20,000 bases of DNA. Origin: an uncultured virus (IMG/VR IMGVR_UViG_3300007871_000062) (taxonomy: Duplodnaviria; Heunggongvirae; Uroviricota; Caudoviricetes). A program made the position numbers and the translations under genes. The first letter of the stretch is position 1. Each line of letters starts with the position of its first letter. Shown in pieces: positions 16,941-20,000 of this stretch. Location: the IMG/VR virus record IMGVR_UViG_3300007871_000062, one strand, 5' to 3'. The notes below the pieces were generated by a model. The model worked only from the letters and a program-made list of their open reading frames with translations. It made no database searches and was not told the DNA's origin.

Positions 16941-17098
16941 TAGAATTTCTTTAGTGTTTTCCATAGGTTACATTGTCTTCGAGCACGTGTCGACAAATTC
17001 TTTTGTGCACAATATTGTGCGATCGTCATACCTTTGGCTTTTGCTTTTCTAGTTAAAGCACCAGGTCTTTTGATTGCTCCTTTAATCCATTTCTTCAT
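16940..17098 (-). CDS. Small highly basic phage protein (52 aa; not in ORF track)
   Basis: Hand translation: MKKWIKGAIKRPGALTRKAKAKGMTIAQYCAQKNLSTRARRQCNLWKTLKKF*. It fills the intergenic gap and its stop couples to the next ATG. The KWI..AIK.PGAL pattern is one I recognise from small phage proteins. Confidence 0.8.
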   Translation of the reverse strand: MKKWIKGAIKRPGALTRKAKAKGMTIAQYCAQKNLSTRARRQCNLWKTLKKF

Positions 17099-17336
17099 CA
17101 ATTGCCTCACGATACTGTTCTTTGGTTCTTGTGCCTATTACTTTCTTTTTATTTATTAATAAGGTTGGTAATTTTGTGATATTGTGCTTTTTGAATCGTT
17201 TATCTGGATGATCAACGATTTCAATATCATAACCCTCTAACATCAAAAGGAGAATACTTGGTTTTGCTTCCTTGCAAGCTATGCACCACTCCGCCGTAAA
17301 AAAGAGAATCAGAAGAAGTAATGTTGTTTTTACCAT
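17082..17336 (-). CDS. Minimal thioredoxin-fold protein
   Basis: 84 aa. FFTAEWCIACK matches the FxAxWCxxC active site, and ITKLPTLLI matches the cis-Pro loop. Confidence 0.85.
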   Translation of the reverse strand: MVKTTLLLLILFFTAEWCIACKEAKPSILLLMLEGYDIEIVDHPDKRFKKHNITKLPTLLINKKKVIGTRTKEQYREAIDEEMD

Positions 17337-18220
17337 AAGATGTACTTCCTCTCGGGTATTGGGAAACCTTTATAATTACTAAGGGCGTACGCTTCATTTC
17401 TCTTTACGTGGTAGTCAATATATCTGGCGTCAATCCACACACTACCATCTGGTTGATTATGGCGTTTTGGGCCGGAAGCCCACTTACCGTGTGAATTTAG
17501 TAGACATACTCCGGGTCTACGACCATCATCAACACCAGCAATCAACCAACCGTGCGGCCATTTGCCCTTGGGTTTGATGAAACCGTCTTTGTCTCGTTGA
17601 CTATTTTCTGCGCCCATTGTTGAACAAAATAGAACAGGATGGCCACTTGCCACAGCATCTCTAATTTCTGAATAACTATTCAAAGAAGAATAATCAAGAA
17701 GAGGGTGAAGTTTTGCGTAATCCAAAAGAAATTGTGGAAGAGGATTACGGTTTAACTCTATACAAGTTTGTCTTGAATAAGGGGTAAGATCAATAGAGTC
17801 GTACTTTTGTCTTAGAAGATTGCCATACGTTTGAAGATATTTGGTAGCCCACCATCCACGCATTCCATTTCTCGCAAATTCATGGGGAATATTATTCCTG
17901 CCACCTGAATAAATTGCATCACAAGATGATTTTGTAATCCATTTTTCTGCTTTGCCTTGTGCTATTTGTACAGTGGAAAGAATATCCATCCCTGCACCGG
18001 TAGCTTGAGCTATACAATCAGCATATTTTTGACGGTGTGGTTCCCACTCTTTTCCGGTTACTTTTTCCCAAGGCTTCCATAGTAAAGCGACTTTATTTTG
18101 TCCAAAGGATCTTAGGTGTTTCGTTTTATAATCAGGTTGAGCGTAACAAGGTATCCATCCGTACTCTCTCTTCGGGAAGAGAGAGAGCATAGCGATTGTT
18201 AGAAAGTCACGTCTTAACAT
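17330..18220 (-). CDS. Papain-like (C1 family) cysteine peptidase; start revised to ATG 18220
   Basis: Catalytic residues are in papain order: Q..C in RQKYADCIAQ, H in WPHGWLIAG, N in LLNSHG. GHPVLF strand present. The N-terminus MLRRDFLTIAMLSLF resembles a twin-arginine motif. Confidence 0.8.
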   Translation of the reverse strand: MLRRDFLTIAMLSLFPKREYGWIPCYAQPDYKTKHLRSFGQNKVALLWKPWEKVTGKEWEPHRQKYADCIAQATGAGMDILSTVQIAQGKAEKWITKSSCDAIYSGGRNNIPHEFARNGMRGWWATKYLQTYGNLLRQKYDSIDLTPYSRQTCIELNRNPLPQFLLDYAKLHPLLDYSSLNSYSEIRDAVASGHPVLFCSTMGAENSQRDKDGFIKPKGKWPHGWLIAGVDDGRRPGVCLLNSHGKWASGPKRHNQPDGSVWIDARYIDYHVKRNEAYALSNYKGFPIPERKYILW

Positions 18221-18918
18221 GGTTTCAGGGCTGCTGCAATTTTGAGCCAAAGAGCAACATGCTCTTCCAGGGACTTACCTTGATAATTTTTCTGAAGATA
18301 TTCAGAGAAAGATATAAGGAACGATTTGTACTGATCTAAATTAACACCTAGGACTGCACGGTTTGCTACTGCGGTCATCTTAATTAGGGTTTCAATATCT
18401 TTGGCTTTAGCGGACTCTTCAAAAGAACGACTCAAAGCCTCTAGCAACAAGGGATTAGAGTTTTTTGGAAGCCAACTTCTTATTAAGGTGGTGAATTTAT
18501 CGGATATTGGTTGACCTTCCACTCTAAGGGAATGAATAATGCAACTTACAGCATTCTCCTTAGCGGCAGCAACGAAAAAGATGTAATCCCCATTTTCACT
18601 GCTTGAGAAAAAGGCTCTTTTACCATTCTCAATAACAACAAAATTAAGAGATTCAGGCTTTATTTTCCATTCAAATGATGCAGCGGAAGATGCAGAAGCA
18701 TCCAAAGTGACTAGCTCACCGATTTTACAAACATTCGGTGCCACCAAAGAAAGAATTACTTTTTCTTCTTCTTCTTCTTCTTCAAAGGTGATAGTTACTT
18801 CCTCAGGAACAATTACTTTCCCAGGAACTTCCTTTTCTTCAAAAGAAAGGAGAGAGAAAAAAACAAAAATAATAATGGCGAGAACAAAAATAGTGATGGG
18901 GTAGATGTTCTTTTTCAT
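18214..18918 (-). CDS. N-terminally membrane-anchored protein with PKD/Ig-like domain
   Basis: Basic N-terminus plus a ~20-aa hydrophobic helix, a poly-Glu linker, then APNVCKIGELVTLDASAS...FEW...GDYIFFV (PKD-like) and a helical C-terminal domain. Confidence 0.65.
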   Translation of the reverse strand: MKKNIYPITIFVLAIIIFVFFSLLSFEEKEVPGKVIVPEEVTITFEEEEEEEKVILSLVAPNVCKIGELVTLDASASSAASFEWKIKPESLNFVVIENGKRAFFSSSENGDYIFFVAAAKENAVSCIIHSLRVEGQPISDKFTTLIRSWLPKNSNPLLLEALSRSFEESAKAKDIETLIKMTAVANRAVLGVNLDQYKSFLISFSEYLQKNYQGKSLEEHVALWLKIAAALKPC

Positions 18919-19094
18919 TCTACACCTTCAGCAGTGATAAGTCTGAGCCCGCAATTGATAAAACCGATGATTGCAAGAACAGGGCCACTATGGTCAGCCA
19001 TGATCCATTGCTCATTAGAGACAACAACCAAAAGACCAGCGGCAAGAGTCAGCAAATTAACAATCATCGTCTTGCTTTTGTACCACTTTTTCAT
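18915..19094 (-). CDS. Holin-like two-TM protein (59 aa; not in ORF track)
   Basis: Hand translation: MKKWYKSKTMIVNLLTLAAGLLVVVSNEQWIMADHSGPVLAIIGFINCGLRLITAEGVE*. Coupled at both ends (TAATG, ATGA). The KxWYxSKT...NxxLRxxT pattern is typical of small phage holin-like proteins. Confidence 0.75.
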   Translation of the reverse strand: MKKWYKSKTMIVNLLTLAAGLLVVVSNEQWIMADHSGPVLAIIGFINCGLRLITAEGVE

Positions 19095-19627
19095 TAGATT
19101 TCTCCGAGAGCTTTGAGGATTTCTTCGCTAACTTGATCCATATCATTCTCTTGAACATAATTACTAATAATTTCTACACAGATTTGTGCGAATTGTGTTA
19201 CTCTAGTTCGATCCAAAAGATTATTTAGTCTATTCTCAAGTCTTTGACACTTTTCTACAAGGGTGGAACATTTGATTATAAGATCAGAGAGTGGACCAGA
19301 AGATAATAGTAGATCGCTGGCATCTTCGCAACGATTCACTTTTTCTTCTATCAATATTCTTAAGATGGCTACTTCATCCGTCAAAGACGAAAGGGTACTG
19401 CTGTTTGATAATTCCTCTGCACGTTGCTTAAATTTCGTGAGACGGTAGTTTTTGAGTTCCTTGTTTTTTATTGCTGCATTATGTCTCCCACCACCGTGCA
19501 TAAGACAAAATTTACCATTTTCCTCAGCGATCATTTGACACTGTCCGTGTGCAGTGATTCCTTGACATCTGTTCGGTTGGTCGGGATCAGTGATTCTCTG
19601 CATGATTTTAAGATCGTTTCTGGACAA
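19094..19627 (-). CDS. terS: Putative terminase small subunit (alternative start ATG 19603)
   Basis: First gene of the late operon. N-terminal RC......GQC........FCLMHGG (HGG-type Cys/His finger) is followed by helical segments (SLTDEVAILRILIEE). Confidence 0.6.
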   Translation of the reverse strand: MSRNDLKIMQRITDPDQPNRCQGITAHGQCQMIAEENGKFCLMHGGGRHNAAIKNKELKNYRLTKFKQRAEELSNSSTLSSLTDEVAILRILIEEKVNRCEDASDLLLSSGPLSDLIIKCSTLVEKCQRLENRLNNLLDRTRVTQFAQICVEIISNYVQENDMDQVSEEILKALGEI

Positions 19628-19889
19628 ACTTTTTTCTTGTTTCTCTGGCTAACTATACTACGCAATTTTCAGACTTTTTGTGCAAGAAAATTTTTGGTCC
19701 AAAATCGTTCTCAATTACTCTTGCGTCTTGATAATAAAATTTTTTTGAAATATTTTTTTGATATATATTTTTGTCACCCCAGATGTGCCACGAATGGGGG
19801 GTAGGGTGCGAAGCACCACCCGAAAATAACCCCACCCTTGGAGTCAAGACACAAGACGCAAGATGCAAAGATGATAGGAAAATCAAACC

Positions 19890-20000
19890 CTTGTGTCTTG
19901 TGTCTTGTGTCTTGTGTCTTGTGTCTTGTGTCTTGTGTCTTGTGTCTTGTGTCTTGTGTCTTGTGTCTTGTGTCTTGTGTCTTGTGTCTTGTGTCTTGTG
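19890..20000 (+). repeat. Perfect 7-bp tandem array (CTTGTGT)n, at least 15 complete copies, running off the window
   Basis: Directly visible, with no mismatches from 19890 to 20000. Confidence 0.97.

Noticed and set aside
19650..19686. Sigma70 promoter for the late operon (TTGCAC ... TAGTAT/TATAGT on the minus strand)
   Set aside because: Spacing is 19 or 22 nt, outside the usual 16-18, so it is not supportable as a feature.
19653..19886. 77-aa minus-strand ORF upstream of terS
   Set aside because: Crosses low-complexity AT tracts, the hairpin and degenerate repeats; no RBS or protein-like features.
1..20000. Stop-codon reassignment, tRNA genes, integrase or IS elements
   Set aside because: Genes tile the window under the standard code with TAA, TAG and TGA all used as stops. 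Intergenic gaps are too short for tRNAs and no recombinase or transposase motifs were seen.

Overview
This window is a single minus-strand late (virion) operon of a tailed dsDNA phage or prophage, probably a siphovirus, read from the right end to the left. Gene order: non-coding region with a perfect 7-bp tandem array, putative small terminase, a six-gene envelope-associated cassette (holin-like protein, membrane-anchored PKD-like protein, papain-like cysteine peptidase, thioredoxin-fold protein, small basic protein, CxxC membrane protein), lambda-GpA-type large terminase, portal, a ~7.4 kb block of decoration/fibre-like genes (tandem paralogue pair, ~1300-aa fibre with a 462-aa tandem duplication, 7-bladed propeller), head-tail adaptor, scaffold, P22-coat-like major capsid protein, small membrane protein, head closure, tail terminator, major tail protein, tail assembly chaperone with a -1 frameshift, and an HK97-gp10-like gene cut by the window edge. 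Three ORFs missing from the supplied track were read by hand. The most interesting signals are: (1) a shared N-terminal F-V-[AC]-F leader on scaffold, capsid and tail tube that looks like a proteolytic maturation tag, (2) a protease/thioredoxin/holin cassette with no recognisable classical endolysin, and (3) the repeat and hairpin architecture upstream of terS. All functional calls come from motif recognition and gene order; no database search was run. A Planctomycetota-like host is only a guess.
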